A stretch of 64,000 nucleotides of DNA, taken from Octopus sinensis (taxonomy: Eukaryota). The DNA lies in the NCBI RefSeq assembly GCF_006345805.1, contig NC_042999.1:44950001-45014000 (forward strand), in the 5' to 3' direction. The notes beneath the pieces were generated by a model. That model was given only the letters and a program-made list of their open reading frames with translations. It ran no database searches and was not told the origin of the DNA. Both the position numbers and the translations under genes were made by a program. Below are positions 38,979 to 51,569 of the stretch, piece by piece (within the stretch, counting starts at the first letter, position 1; each line of letters opens with the position of its first letter).

Positions 38979-39135
38979 ACATATACGACGGGCTTCTTTC
39001 AATTTCCGTCTACCAAATCCACTCACATGGCTTTGGTCAGCCCGAGGCTATAGTAGAAGACACTTGCCCAAGGTGGCATGCAGTGGGATTGAACCCGGAA
39101 CCATGTGGTTCATAAGCAAGCTACTTATACTTACA
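38144..39135. mobile_element. Inverted pair of SINE A copies (plus 38144-38550, minus 38730-39135)
   Basis: Tail-to-tail with a ~180-bp spacer. Confidence 0.88.
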
Positions 39136-39479
39136 CAGATATAAGAGTTAGAACTTATCTGCCTGCAGACCGTTTTCTTTGAAAAACTTTTGCTTGCTGC
39201 ACTAAATAGTTTCCCCACCCCTGATATAAACAAACATTGCTTCCCATCCATGGCACAAGTTTCCATTTATGGCACAAGTCCAAGCAAGATTTTGGAAGAC
39301 CAGAAGTCACTCATGCATACCAATCTCCCCTCTCCATGTTACCAATGTTGTCCAAGGGAAAGGCAAAAGCTGATACAGCTTGGCACCAGTGACGTCGCAA
39401 CCCATTTCTACAGCTGAGTAGACTGGAGCAATGTGAAATAAAGTGTCTTGCTCAAGAACACAGCACACAAATTTTTATG

Positions 39480-40315
39480 TCACTTTTTCTCAAGAACAGC
39501 TTGATGTATTGGTGAACAGGTAAAGGCACTAGAAACTATAAAGATTAAAGTTGTAGTTGAGAAAACGTTAGCTAACATGGAGGACTGGAAGCCATCTGAA
39601 TATTGGAAAAGATTTACCTGTATTGATGATTTGCACCAGGTATCAAAATGTTGACATGAAGGATGCTGTTCAACACTCTGTGAACACTGTAAAGGTTGTG
39701 GATAACTGCAATGAAAACTACAAAGTTGTGGCCAGCTAAAAGGGACACAGCAGGCATTTCTGACTGTACCTGCATGTTGAAATTTATCCCAAGAACTGCA
39801 GGATACAGTCTTAGGCTCAATGAAGCTGCTGGAGACTGTGGTCAAACTCTGGCTGGAGAAGTTTGCTGTTGGAAGGCCATGTGTGGTATTAGAATTTGCC
39901 TCCTTGCCATAACTCTGGAAAGAGTCAGAAGAGGTTGTCAAAGAATTTGTACATCTTCACCAGCTCCAATTTCTGACCTTCTAATTCCTCTAATTGCAAT
40001 TCCATGGATTACTGTGTGTGAGACATGGTTAAGAAAGATACCGACTGTTCTGTTACAATACCAAGACTGAGCTGATGGCCAAGATCAAGGAAATGTTCAA
40101 AGATCTTCCCAGCTACACAGCAAGGAGTGTATGTACCAAGTTCCAGAGCTGTCTTGAAGCCATGGTAGAAGCTGAGGGCAGCTACTTTGAGTAAACTGTT
40201 ATCTCCCAGCCATAATCTGGTTGATATTTATTTGATTTTTTAACTTTTAGATGGGATATTATGTTTTCCTTTTCCTTTTATGCAAACTGTCAAATTTAGC
40301 CTGGAGACCATGTAT
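39480..40315 (+). mobile_element. Decayed maT/DD37D-like transposase remnant
   Basis: KLLETVVKLWLEKFAVGRP..KSQKRLSKN; SNCNSMDYCV; LEAMVEAEGSYFE*. Confidence 0.75.
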
Positions 40316-40537
40316 ATTATAGCTTCATTCCTGCATTAAGTAGATAAATGTAGCCACAGATTTGGACTGATTTTTTATGCCTGCAGTCATTGGTTACTTA
40401 TGCTGTAAGGGCATATAACTATGTGATTGAAGTTAACAATCACAAAGATCCAGGTTCAATCCCACTGCACAGAAACTTAGATAAATATCTTCTACTTTTT
40501 GCTTCAGATTGATCCATGGCTTAGGAATGTTATTCAG

Positions 40538-40745
40538 TTGATGAAAACTGCCAGGAAGCCCATTAGATGATCCAAGTTTTAGGGATGAAAATGGTTAGAT
40601 GAAAATTATTTGGAAGCCCTTCAGATAATCCAAACCTTAGGGGTGAAATTGAATAGACAAAAGCTGTCTGAAAATCAATAAGATGATCCGAGTTTTAGGG
40701 ATGATATTAGGTCGATGAAATCTGTCTGGAAGCCCATCAGATGAA
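40538..40745. repeat. Old ~58-bp tandem repeat, ~3.5 copies
   Basis: Recurring GATGAAA..GGAAGCCC..AGATGATCC.AGTTTTAGGGATGA. Confidence 0.7.
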
Positions 40746-42101
40746 CAGTACTTGTAACACAAAGTATCAGCCTTGATACAGGATATCACAGTGATTTTGA
40801 CTGACAATTATATTAAGGGATAAAACTATCTATGGAATATACAACCGCTTATACAATTATTCAATGAGTAGATAGTTTCTTTGATCACGTAGCTGGAACA
40901 CTTGTTCATGGAAATTGATGAGAGTTCATACAATCAGTCACATAACCCATTTGATATATTGATTGTAATGTATATCACAGTTCTATTTATAAACACAATA
41001 AATGCACTTCCTACACCATACAAAGTTCCTGCACACTCACAAAATATTCAACATAACACTATTGGGAATTGCGTATTCCTAGCTTTGCTAAATATCTTAA
41101 TCTTGTTAATTTTCCTTCACAGACCATCCACCACGCAATCTTCCTCTTTCCTTGCAGCCCATATATAACTAGTTCTATGATGATAATTCGGTTGTCTAGA
41201 TACTGAAGCTTCAACAAACAATCAATCACAAAAAGCATTAGCGACAGCTTAAAGAGCAAAGATAATAAAAAGAGGGGGTGTGAGGGAGGAGCCTTGGGAG
41301 GAACCTACCTGAACGTTGGACCCTTTACTGAGCAGTAACATTAATCTTAAACCAACACTGATTCATAAGCTGTATTGTGTATCTGTCCATCAAAATAGGG
41401 AGACACAAGCTAATGAAAGAAGCTTTATGTATATATGGTCTACCTGCTATAAATAGCATCACACCACCCTACCATTTAAAAAAAAACAAAAAAAAACAAA
41501 GGGGGATAATGTACTTCTAGATGCTCTATGTATGTCTGATAAAAAGATAAATTGCTTAAAGTTGAAACTTTTTCATTTAGAGATCTGTTCAGTCAGGTCT
41601 GAACTGAGATTAGCAGCAACATGGGATTAGCTCTGCTTCATATTCTAGGTTTGCTAAAAGATGATAAAGATAAGCAATTATATATCAAATGCTAAAACTG
41701 TAATGATTTTCAATTGACAACTGATGAAGAGATCAGACTTTCGCAAGTCTTTTAATTTTTCCTATAAATTTTCTTGTCCCTCTGTGTTATATTTTGCAAT
41801 ATATAATATATAATGTATCTATATCTGAACCATGCACCTTCACTATTTATATATATATATATACTGTTGTGTCTGGGAAGAGTCATTCTCTTTTAGTGCC
41901 TTATAATTTAACACACTCACTGGTAAAATGCTTCAACACACGAACTCACATAAAGAATCTTACAAACCAAATCCCAAAACAATATATATATATATATATA
42001 TGTAATATATGAAGAAGGTTCAAAAGGAACACACAAGTTGATATATATATATGAAAAAAAGTCAAGGTAGAAAATGCTAAAAGAATTTTATAAAAACATT
42101 T

Positions 42102-42137
42102 CAGTACCGGTTTCAGTCATTGAGACTTTTTCAACTG
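42102..42137 (-). ncRNA. Minimal hammerhead-like motif (core UUGAAAA) in a probable inverted pLTR upstream of a PLE RT
   Basis: CAG UUGAAAA AGUC UCAAU GACU GAAA C CG G UA CUG; palindromic ACCGGU stem III. Confidence 0.5.
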
Positions 42138-42294
42138 TAAGTATGAAAAACAATTAAATTTTGGAAAAATTAAATGAAAAGTTTTTTAAAAGAATTTTTA
42201 CATAGTATTCAAATACAAGAGGTATTTTCCTTTTTTCTGCCTGTCTCTGTCTCTCTTGTTTACTCTTGTGGGTTTGAGGTCAGTTGTGAATTCT

Positions 42295-42455
42295 TGGCAG
42301 AGAAGAAGAAGAAAAAGGAGTAGTAGTAGTAGTAGTAGTCGGAGGAGGAGGAGGAATAGAAGGAGGAGGAGGAGAAGAAGAAGAAGAAGAAGAAGAAGAA
42401 GAAGAAGAAGAAGAAGAAGAACAACAACAACAACAACAACAACAAAAACAACAAC
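42295..42455. repeat. Compound (GAA)/(GTA)/(GGA)/(CAA) microsatellite
   Basis: Read directly. Confidence 0.95.
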
Positions 42456-42469
42456 CCCACAACCTAGGA

Positions 42470-43830
42470 ATAGTGGCAATTCAATTCTGGTTAGAGAATT
42501 ATGCCAATGAACTCCCACATCGCATCAAAAATGAATTCATGATGGAAGGGCTAAAATTTATCTTGGAGAATAACTACTTTGTCTTCAAAGACAACTTCTT
42601 TGACAAAAATTGGGGACTACAATGGGTATGAAAATGGCCCCCTCTTTTGCTAACCTAGTCGTGGGATATCTAGAAATTAGTCTTAACTGTAATGCTCTAG
42701 AAAAATATAGTAGCCCATTCTCCCTCTACATAGAAAATAACTGGAAGAGATACCTGGATGACTGTTTCATTCTTTGGCATGGAAGTATAGAGAGACTTAA
42801 AGAATTTCAAGCACTTATAAATGGACTTAACATAAACTTTCAGCTTACAATGGAATATAGCCATCAACAACTTCCCTTCTTTGACATCCTCATTAAGAAA
42901 TCTAACAACATAATAGAAACAGATATATACTATAAACCCAGAGACTCGATGCAATGTCTACCGTCCAACTCATGCCATGCCAAAATGAATATTCCCTTCA
43001 ACCTAGCCAAAAGTATATGTACTACAGTTTCTAATGCAAGCACCAGGGACACATGACTGCATGAACTAAAGGATACACTCATCACCAGGAACCACCCACC
43101 TTCACTAATTGACATATGCTTTCAACATGCCTGACAACTTACTATCCACAAACTCAGACATCCCAAATTAAAGAAGGATTTACAACCAAAAGCCCTACCA
43201 TACATCTCCACACACAACCCTCTTAACAATGAAGCCTTCGACACCATCCTTCAAAAAAGGACCATGGAATGGACTTAATCCTCCAAACACACACCATCAT
43301 AAAAAGCAAGAGACAGCCCAAATCTATGAAAAGTCTCCTAACACAAGCTTGAATATGCTCAACAACAACACTGAAGCCATCAGTAAAAAAATGTGGGAGA
43401 CCCAACTGTGGATATGCGTCAATTTAATTGAGGGATCAGAGTTCTCCTTCAAACAGGGACAACGTTTCACAATGAAATGCAACTTCACATGTGCTTTGGA
43501 GAACATGATATCTGTATTAACTGCTCTGGGTCTCAAGAGCAATAAATAAGCCAAACAAAAAGCAGTCTATTTCAAAGGATGGCTCTGCACAGATCCCAGA
43601 ACAAAATTAAAAAACTCCCAGCAAAATAGCATTCAGCCTACACATCAACATTTGCACCAATAACAAAAATCCAAGCTTCAGAATTTTTCCCTTCTATCAA
43701 TTCAGGGATGATACAACCTGCAGCCAATGAGTTAGTAAAGAGTCTTTCTTTATCTCAAAATACAGACCCCTTTTGAATGCATCTTCAACAAATGACATAT
43801 CCACCATGACCTTAGAACAGCACACATGCA
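42470..43830 (+). mobile_element. Penelope-like element (Neptune-type), 5'-truncated and decayed: RT core, linker, GIY-YIG
   Basis: GTTMGMKMAPSFANL..WKRYLDDCFILW..LPFFDI..TDIYYKP..NIPFNLAK; later CGRPNCG and FTMKCNFTCALEN. Confidence 0.9.
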
Positions 43831-44327
43831 AATATATATATATATATACACATATATAGGTCATCATTGTCTTATGACCTATCCAACTTATAACTGATTG
43901 ATTCTATGACAATTGGTGCACCAGCTCCTGGCAGCAATAATAAATATTCCAGTTGAAATCTAATGGGTTTAATTTCTCAGAAATTATCCCGTCTACAGAT
44001 AATGTCAGCTGACAAGCGCTTCCCCTAGGTTTGGTTATCGATCACCACTGTGGTTATCCCAACTGTTAGATGAATATCCTGTCACGGAGACATCGAAGCA
44101 ACCTCGTATTTGCTGATAAGATGACTGCTTGAGACTCTGAAATTTTTGACTGACGCCAATATAATAGTATAATACAAAATACTGTGAGTGACTTTTACCT
44201 GAGAACGTACCTTAAGAATGTAAAAATATAAAGCAAAACTATGTAGGCCTATTGGTTGACTTAAGATCAGTCAGTCGGAACAAATTGTGGTTGTAAGTTG
44301 ACAATGACCTGTGTATATATATATATA

Positions 44328-44369
<42 letters not shown>

Positions 44370-44370
<1 letters not shown>

Positions 44371-45331
44371 TTGTTTATCGTTTAATGTCCGTTTTCCATG
44401 CTAGCATGGCTTGGATGATTTGATTGAGGACTGGTGAACCAGATGGCTGCACCAGACTCCAATCTTGATCTGGCAGAGTTTCAACAGCTGGATGCCCTTC
44501 ATAATGCCAACCACTCCGAGAGTGTAGTGGGTGCTTTTACATGCCACTGGCACAGGGGCCAGTCGGGCGGTACTGGCAACGATCTCACTCGAATGTTTTT
44601 TCACGTGCCAGTAAGGCGACGCTGGTAATGATCATGCTCGAATGGTGCCATTTACGTTCCACTGGCATGGAAGCCAGTTAACCGCTCTTGCAATGATCAT
44701 GCTCGGATGGTGCTCTTAGTGCCCCACTAGCACGGGGCACAAGTGCCAGTAAGGCAACACTGGTAATGATCACACTCGAATGGTACCTTTTATGTGCCAC
44801 TGGCATGGAAGCCAGTTCGCTGCTCTGTCAACAATCATGCTCAGATGGTGCTCTTTGCATCCCACTAGCACGGATGCCAGTCATTGAATTTGATTTCAAT
44901 TTCATTTGCCTCAACAGGTCTTTGCAAGCAGATTTTAGTGTCCAAAGAAGGAAAGGTACGCACCATCCGAATGTGGCTGATGCCAGCGTCGCCTCGACTG
45001 GCTTCTGTGCCGGTGGCACATAAAAAGCACCATCTGAGCTTGGCCGATGTCAGCGCCGCCTTGACTGGCTTCCGTGCCAGTGGCACATTAAAAGCACCAA
45101 CCGATCATGGCCGGTGCCAGACTCCCCTGGCACCTGTGCCGGTGGCACGTAAATAGCACCCACTACACTCACGGAGTGGTTGGCGTTAGGAAGGGCATCC
45201 AGCTGTAGAAACACTGCTAGATCAGACTGGAGCCTGGTGCAGCCCCTGGCTTCCCAGACCCCGGTCGAACCGTCCAACCCGTGCTAGTGTGGAAAACGGA
45301 CGTTAAACGATGATGATGATGATGATGATGA

Positions 45332-45335
<4 letters not shown>
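44370..45335. mobile_element. Head-to-head inverted pair of SINE B copies (minus ~44370-44900, plus ~44950-45335)
   Basis: CATCGTTTAATGTCCGTTTTCCATGCTAGCATGG at the left; GTGCTAGTGTGGAAAACGGACGTTAAACGATGAT at the right. Confidence 0.8.
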
Positions 45336-45374
<39 letters not shown>

Positions 45375-46147
45375 TACATATGTACATATATACATACTTA
45401 CATACACAGACATATAGATATATGCATATATATATGTATATATAGACATATAGATAGACAGATGGAAACATAGAAACATAGTTATTTATTAGGGCATTAT
45501 TATTATTATTATTATTAATATTATAAAATATAATATAAAATATACATCTTCAGATGTCATGACTTGAGTTATAATCAACAAACGTATTTCCATCAGGGTC
45601 TCTGTTATTGATTTTAACATTTACTTTTTTTTTACAAATCTGGTTGTTAATCTGTAGATAGTTCTTGTATCTGATTATCAAAGACATTTGATATTTTTAT
45701 AATGAAATAAAAACTTATAAATACAAACAGTTAAAAAAAAACAGAAGTCAGAATTAATTTTTTTTTTTGTTCAAAATTTGAAATATCTTAAGATTTGAAA
45801 ATCACTTGAAATTTATTAATTCAGAATAAAAATAAATAAAATTTAAGAAATGGAAATAAGAAAGAAAAAAAAAACTATAAAGACAACTGCTTTAAACTGG
45901 CAAGGAAAGAGCAAAATAAAAAAATATATAATAAAAATGAAAAGAAAGGAAAAAGAAAGAAACTGGAAATAATGAAATATTTTGCTTGCTATTCTCAAAA
46001 GAAACAAGTGTGGTTTGAGGCCCCTTGTGTGTGTGTGTGTGTGCTAGTATATAGTATATGTGTATGTATTTGTATCTTCACTATGTAATGTGCAGACAGC
46101 ACTAAGTAGGTGGGTGTTTATCATGGGAGTCAATAGCAAGTACACCA

Positions 46148-46527
46148 AAACCACCACTACCACCACCACCATCACCACCACCGCCGCCGCCGCCACTACT
46201 ACTACTACTACTATAACCACCACCACTATTACTACCTCTACGAATACTACTACTACTACTACAACCACAACCACCACCACTATTACTACCTCTACAAGTA
46301 CTACTACTACAACTACCACCGCTGCCGCTGTCACCACCACCACCACCACCACCACCACCACCACCACACCACCACCACTACTACTACTACTACAACCACC
46401 ACCATTATTACTACCTCTACAAATACTACTACTACTACAACCACAACCACCACCACTATTACTACCTCTACAAGTACTACTACTACAACAACCACCACTG
46501 CCGCCTCCGCCGCCGCCGCCTCCACCG

Positions 46528-46567
<40 letters not shown>

Positions 46568-46570
46568 ACA
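46148..46570. repeat. (ACC)/(ACT)/(GCC) compound tract with higher-order repeats
   Basis: ACTATTACTACCTCTAC(A/G)A(A/G)TACTACTACT recurs about four times. Confidence 0.92.
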
Positions 46571-46719
46571 CATGCATTACTGGCAAACTTTAAGGAGCAA
46601 CACTGCGTATCATTACTTTCTTGACATAAAATATCCAATGAGTAAAAAACATTGAACTTAGTGAAAATTTGACCAAATGGTTTGGTTTTGCAAAAAAAAA
46701 AAAACATCTATCTTTAATC

Positions 46720-47445
46720 TTTTACTTGTTTCAGTCATTAGACTGTGGCACCATCTTGAAGAATTTTTAGTTGAGTGAATCAATCCCAGTACTTATTTTT
46801 TGTTAAGATTGGTACTTATTCTATTGTTCTCTTTTGCCGAACCACTAAGTTATATGGATGTAAATACACCAACACTGGCTGTCAAGAGGCAGTGGGGAAC
46901 AAACACAGATATGGAGACACACACATGCATACACACAAACACACACACACATATGATGGGCTTCTTTCAGTTTCCGTCTACCAAATCCACTCACAAGGCA
47001 TTGGTCGGCCCGAGGTTATAGTAGAAGACACTTGCCCAAGATGCCACGCAGTGGGACTGAACCCGGAACCATGTGGTTGGTAAGCAAGCTACTTATTACA
47101 CAGCCACTCCTGTGCCTATTTTTGGGCGTTTAGGTTTGTTTTCCTTGAATGATCTAGTTATATATTGTTCATGCTCAATATTCTTTTATTATTTCATTCT
47201 TTTATTTGTTTCACTCATTTGACTGTGGCCATGCTGGAGCACTGCCTTTAGTCAAACAACTCGACCCAAGGACTGGTACTTATTCTATCAGTCCCTTTTG
47301 CCAAACTGCTAAATTACAGGGATGTAAACACACCAACATCGGTTGTCAAGTGATGGTGGGGGGGGACAAACACAGACACACAACCATACACACACACACA
47401 CACACATATCTATACGACAGGCTTATTTCAGTTTTCGTCTACCAA
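46720..47445 (-). mobile_element. SINE A full copy (46720-47115) plus a 3' half copy (47205-47445)
   Basis: Family similarity. Confidence 0.85.
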
Positions 47446-48559
47446 GAGAAAAAAAGACAAGACAAAATGAGGCAGAGAGAAGTGTTAATGACGTTTGGTG
47501 GGGAAATAATATTTATTACGTGGTTTAACCCTTTCGTTATAAACCCAGCTGAGTACAAATGTCTTGTTTTCATAAGTTTTGAATTAAATTCTTCCGCCAT
47601 GGTGGTGGTGGTGGTGATGTGTTGAAAAGTATTTTTTTTATTGAACTAATTTTTTTTTATAGCAACTATTGCATACACATAAGTGCAATTATTTATCGTC
47701 TGCTCACTTAAAAAATTGATATTTGTTTATATGGCTTAATTTAGCCTAAACTTTGGATTCACAAGAAACATGGTTGCAAGAAAGGATACACAGATATAGA
47801 GCATGGAACAGATATAGAGAGGAACAGTAAGAAGATATAATAAAAAGAGGAAAAACTCAACACTGATGGAGATGTGAGGAAATGAAGACACACGTCAAGA
47901 ATATATAAAGAAAGCTAAACTATGAATGCTATAAAAATGCAAATCGCCCTTTCTTTCTTAAATAGGTCCTCTTAATTTTTTTCCACTACACAGAATTTCC
48001 ACAGGTCCCACTAGTATTTGAATTAATTTACTTACTACCTATGCTTCAGCAAACCATTTCTGTTGTCCCCTGGTACATTTTCCCATTGTTCTTCAAAGAG
48101 ATTAAATCATTTATCTTAGACAAGGTGTCAAGAATTATCCTTTGATGGGAATATTATTTCCCAGTTTAAAACAGGATTTTTTGTCACATACAACATTTTC
48201 TACTTCATTGTCAGAAACTAACAGATGAGAAATAACTGAAGTGAAAAAGGCCCATCTATATTTTGCACCATTTATGTGGTTGCTTGACATGCTAGAAATA
48301 GCAGAAAAATCTCGAATTATATTCTTGTAAAAGGAAAGAACACTTTGTGTAATGTAATCCTACAATCCCCAAGAATGGAATGATCAGATCTAGTACGTTT
48401 TTGATCATAGATTTGCTTAATAAGGATTGACCTGGGGCTAAGCAAAACAACAAATTTTCACGACTATCATCTCTATTATGAGAAAATGAAAATTACTCCC
48501 AACGTTCTATTTTTCTTTAACCCTCTTCTTCCCAAATAGCAAATAAGTATATGACAATT

Positions 48560-48930
48560 TGATACTGTTCAAACCAGTCTTTAGCAACCCTCTGTGTCTT
48601 GTCCCATGTAAAAAGCGTTTCTCTTAACTCACTTTCGACTGTTCTATACCAGACATTCTTTGGTTGTTGCTCAGGTTTTCACTTTCAAGGTTATGTCCAT
48701 CTTAAAGCTATCTTTGACATCTTATTCCATCTCATTCTGAGTGCGTAGCTCATCCATTCAAGCTTTATTTCAAAGACCACACCATTGCAACCAGTTTTGC
48801 AGTACAACTTCTCATTTAACACGTTATTGTCCCAGATATGGCAGATTTTCCTCAGGAAATGTTCGACATTGATCTTATTTATGTCTTCTTTCAACATTTG
48901 CCTGCATTCTGAGCAATGCATTAAGACAGG
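48560..48930 (-). mobile_element. RTE-clade LINE 3' fragment
   Basis: LRKICHIWDNNVLNEKLYCKTG..EIKLEWMSYALRM..KIALRWT..PKNVWYRTVESEL..WDKTQRVAKD. Confidence 0.78.
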
Positions 48931-49264
48931 CATGGCATCCTAAGACTTCTCTAAAATCTTGAAGCACCAAAAAAAGAAAAACAAAATCCAACAAATATTT
49001 TTGTTTATTTTAGTCTTAAGACAGATATGGCATCCTAAGACCACTCTAAAATCTAGAAGCACCAGAAAGAAAAAGAAATTCAACAAATATTTTTGTTTAC
49101 CTCAGTCTCATCATCTATACCTGTCAAGGAAGAATTGTTGTAATTCTTTAAACATTGTATTACCAACAGAAGAAAACTTAATTATTAAGTAAACTATTGA
49201 TACAATTACGGAGATGTACTTGCATAGCAAGTGACCTGATCTGAGATTATGTGCTGGAATGAAA

Positions 49265-49536
49265 ACAATTGCAGCATGGAGGGTGTTTATAAGCCATTTA
49301 AGAAACACACAAAAAACGTTAGATTCACTTCAACATTTAAATTTAATTTGTCAAAATATTTTTGTCACTTTGAGACCATGACCTGTTCACTGAAAAAATT
49401 CCGCTTGCCAGTGAATAGGTCGTGGTCTCTACGCGACGAAAATTTTTTGACAAATTAAATTTAGATATTGAAGTGAATCTAACGGTTTTTATGTGTTTCT
49501 TAAATGGCTTATAAACACCTTCCATGCTGCAATTGT
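49265..49536. mobile_element. Fold-back MITE: two 128-bp inverted arms with a 16-nt loop
   Basis: Arms 49265-49392 and 49409-49536 are near-complementary. Confidence 0.92.
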
Positions 49537-49991
49537 ATTGATACAATACTGTACACTAAATATTATATCTATTATCTTTTATTTGTTTCAGTGATTAGAT
49601 TATTGCCATGCGAAGGCCATAATCTATGGCCTTGATAGGTTTAAGTCAAATGAAGCAGCCTCAGTGATTTCTTTTGTTTTTCAAGCCTGGTACTCATTCA
49701 ATCAAACTCTTCTGTTGAACTGCTAAGTTACGGGTATGAAAACACACCAACACCAGTTGTCAAGCAGTGGGGGAGAACAAACACAGACACAAGATACATA
49801 CACATAAATATAGATATATACAACAGGTTATGTTCAGCTTCCATCTATCAAATCTATTCACAAGGCTTTGGTCGACCCAAGACTATAGTAGAAGACATTT
49901 TCCCAAGGTGGCACAGTGCAGGACTGAACCTGGAATCATGTGGTTGGGAAGCAAACTTCTTACTATACTGTCACACCTGCACCTATATACA

Positions 49992-51437
49992 TACGAGGTC
50001 TGATCAATAAGTATTGCGATTGTTGCCATAGTAACAAAGCTAAAGCATGCAGAGTGAAGCCGCTTGGCACAGATTGACTTTGCACTCTGCTGTGGATGTG
50101 CACTAAGTTTTAACGTTCTAGCCCACTTCTGTTGTTTACAGCATTGCTTGGAAGGAAGGTGTGTAGCGTGTGATCATTGCATTGACCATGACAGAGAAAG
50201 TTGTCATAGCAATACCAACTCAGAGGTCTACACAAAGTTGCAGAAAGTGTATGGAGAGGAGTATATGACCCACACACAGGTGTACAAGTGGTTCAGAGGT
50301 TTCTAAGATGGCCGAAAAATGTTGATATTGACGAATGTTCTAGTAGACCTACAACCAGCAGAACAGAGAAAGACATTGCAGATGTGCATGCAGCTGTGAG
50401 AGGAAGTTGTTGAATTACCATCCGTGAGTTATCAGAGGATGTGCAGATTAGTTGCAGTTCAGTTCAGTCCATTATCACTGAAGATTTGGATATGAGATGC
50501 ATGTCTGCCAAGTTTGTGCCAAAACTGCTTTCAACTGACCAAAAAGACACTCAGGTTTCAGTTGAACAAGTCTTCTTGATTGTGTTGAGAACAATGAACA
50601 CTTTTTGAAAACTTTGAATAGGCCTCTGAGCAGGTATTGCCAAGCTTTTGGCAAAATTTGATGCAGATTCTCTGCTCAACTTTCTCTGTCATGGTGAAGG
50701 CAATGATCACACGCTACACAACTTTCTTCTTTCCAAGCACTGCTGTAAACAGTGGAAGTGAGCTAGAATGTTCAAACTTAGTGTGCATGCACAACAGAGT
50801 TCAAGGTGTAGGAGTGCCTGTGTGATAAGTAGCTTGCTTATGAACCACATGGTTCTGGGTTCAGTCCCACTGTGTGGCACCTTGGGCAAGTGTCTTCTAC
50901 TAAAGCCTTGGGCCGACCAAAACATTGTGAGTGAATTTGGTAACTTGCTTACGAACGACATGGTTCTGGATTCAGTCCCACTGTGAGGCACCTTGGGCAA
51001 GTGTCTTCTACTAAAGCCTTGGGCCGATCAAAGCATTGTGAGTGAATTTGGTAGACAGAAACTGAAAGAAGCCCATCGTATATATGTATATATATATATA
51101 TAATATATATATATATATGTATATGTATATGTGTGTATAAGTTTGTGTGTCTTTGTCCCCCCAACATCGCTTGACAACCGATGCTGGTGTGTTTACGTCC
51201 CTGTAACTTAGCGGTTCGGCAAAAGAGACTGAGAGAATAAGTACTAGGCTTACAAAGAATAAGTCCTGGGGTCAATTTGCTCGACTAAAGGTGATGCTCC
51301 AGCATGGCCACAGTCAAATGACTGAAACAAGTAAATGAGAGTAAACACGAGTCAACCTGTGCCAAGCGGCTTCACTCCCCATGCTTTAGCATCGTTACTA
51401 TAGCAAGAGTCTGAATACTTATTGATCAGACCAGGTA
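49992..51437 (+). mobile_element. Deleted mariner with ~200-bp TIRs; a SINE A with a duplicated head (50812-51345) sits inside the right TIR
   Basis: TACGAGGTCTGATCAATAAGTAT and ATACTTATTGATCAGACCAGGTA; N-terminal HTH LQKVYGEEYMTHTQVYKWFRGF..SRPTTS..ITIRELSEDV..AKFVPKLL. Confidence 0.85.
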
Positions 51438-51531
51438 TACACATATACATATGGGAACGCCATGTTGGATCGTTAGCCCCTACACGCATTTTTTTCTCTC
51501 CTTGTTTCTCTCTTTGTTTCTTTTCTGTGTA

Positions 51532-51569
51532 TCTTTCTGTCGAAGAGCGTAGGCTCGAAACGTAAAAGA
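51532..51569 (+). ncRNA. Minimal hammerhead-like motif with variant core CUGUCGA, in a pLTR-like repeat (~51450-51665)
   Basis: UCUUU CUGUCGA A GAGC GUAG GCUC GAAA C GUA AAAGA; a relative lies on the minus strand at ~11755-11792. Confidence 0.55.

Noticed and set aside
41126-41220. Minus-strand terminal-exon-like peptide SRQPNYHHRTSYIWAARKEEDCVVDGL*; similarly DHKKFDHRNGHHDNEYRTLTRNNANGKFI* at ~24440-24527
   Set aside because: Acceptors are moderate or ambiguous and there is no homology, so they cannot be separated from chance.
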